24,886 nt of DNA, from the NCBI GenBank assembly GCA_963693365.1, contig CAVNZM010000057.1:1-24886 (forward strand), written 5' to 3'. Under the pieces are notes generated by a model. It saw only the letters and a list, made by a program, of their open reading frames with translations, had not been told where the DNA came from and searched no databases. Position numbers and translations under genes: made by a program. Each line of letters begins with the position of its first letter. Position 1 is the first letter of the stretch. Positions 24,243 through 24,886 of the stretch are shown piece by piece. The stretch comes from Amoebidium appalachense (taxonomy: Eukaryota > Protista > Ichthyosporea).

Positions 24243-24644
24243 GTCAGCCCCTGCCCGAAAGGGGGCTGGGTCCCCTAACCCGGGTTGGCCCCCCCCTTCC
24301 CCCGCCCCGTTGGCTGGGTTGGGAGGGCAGGCGTGTGCGCCGTGCGCCGCTGAGCCGCACTTCAGGCAGGCGTGCTTGTAGCGGCAAGGGTTGGGTCCCT
24401 TCCTGGTGCAGCCCTTGGCCGTGTTGAAGCCCCGGCATATCTCATCCGCAGCAGAGGCCGGGCTGGCGCGAGGGCTGGCTGTGGCCCCCCCAGAGGCAGG
24501 CTGCCGGGGTGTGCGGGGAGCGGTGGGTGCCTGGTGCAGGCGGGCACCAGACAGGGACACGGCCAGCTGCACAGCGTCGGGTGCGTCGAGTGGGCGGCCA
24601 GAGGCAGCGCACGACCGGCGGTGTGCATCCTCCCAGCGCATGAT
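24243..24644 (-). CDS. C-terminal fragment of the YR-retrotransposon Gag, between two copia insertions
   Basis: ICRGFNTAKGCTRKGPNPCRYKHACLKCGSAAHGAHAC (CCCH plus CCHC fingers, as in DIRS/Ngaro Gag). In frame with RT once the insertion is removed. Confidence 0.85.
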
Positions 24645-24886
24645 TGTTAAATTGGATAAGTATTTGGGATGTAAGCAGAGACACAGTGGTGCAGTGTGAA
24701 AACACCACAGACACACACAACAACAAAACACGGAGCGATCGGAGCAGTGTACACAACAGACATCAATGTTTAGACACGACTGAACTGAATTTATTCTGAT
24801 CTTCGAATAAATACCTGAAATTCCTCTAAGTCCAATCCATACATGATTTCCGACCAGTCGGAAATCAGATCCATCTCTAATAGAAA
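24645..24886 (-). mobile_element. Partial LTR of a second copy of the same copia family
   Basis: Matches LTR positions 1-242 with two substitutions (24655 T>G, 24735 A>G). Adjacent 5-mer ATGAT (24640-24644) is the predicted TSD. Confidence 0.95.

Larger units (their letters stand above)
13334..24644 (-). mobile_element. Tyrosine-recombinase retrotransposon (DIRS order, Ngaro-like); 5' end outside the window; disrupted by copia insertions
   Basis: gag zinc fingers, RT/RNase H and YR in order on the minus strand, followed by a B1-A2-B2 split direct repeat end. No methyltransferase seen after RNase H. Confidence 0.9.

Overview
Eukaryotic, repeat-rich window (spliceosomal-type introns, long (CA)n and poly-G/C tracts) made almost entirely of stacked mobile elements. 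(1) 1-626: 3' part of an unknown heptad-repeat coiled-coil ORF. (2) 2136-10642: a CACTA/EnSpm (CMC)-like DNA transposon bounded by 25-bp CACAG terminal inverted repeats. It carries two divergent spliced genes that the ORF track misses: a minus-strand accessory gene, and a plus-strand transposase-like gene with only its N- and C-terminal exons, separated by a 3.6-kb (CA)n intron. (3) About 10940-13333: a palindrome/CCAAT-rich tandem repeat followed by a frameshifted ORF that resembles the N-terminus of a Polinton/adintovirus protein-primed DNA polymerase (tentative). (4) From 13334 to beyond the window, minus strand: a tyrosine-recombinase retrotransposon (Ngaro-like, split direct repeats) with gag, RT/RNase H and YR, inserted into that ORF. 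(5) 17497-24242: an intact, very young Ty1/copia element (925-bp LTRs with no difference seen, 5-bp TSD GTCAG, half-tRNAiMet primer site) inserted at the gag/RT junction of (4). (6) 24645-end: LTR of a second, slightly different copy of the same copia family, 402 bp away in the same gag. Family assignments come from motif recognition by eye; no database search was run.
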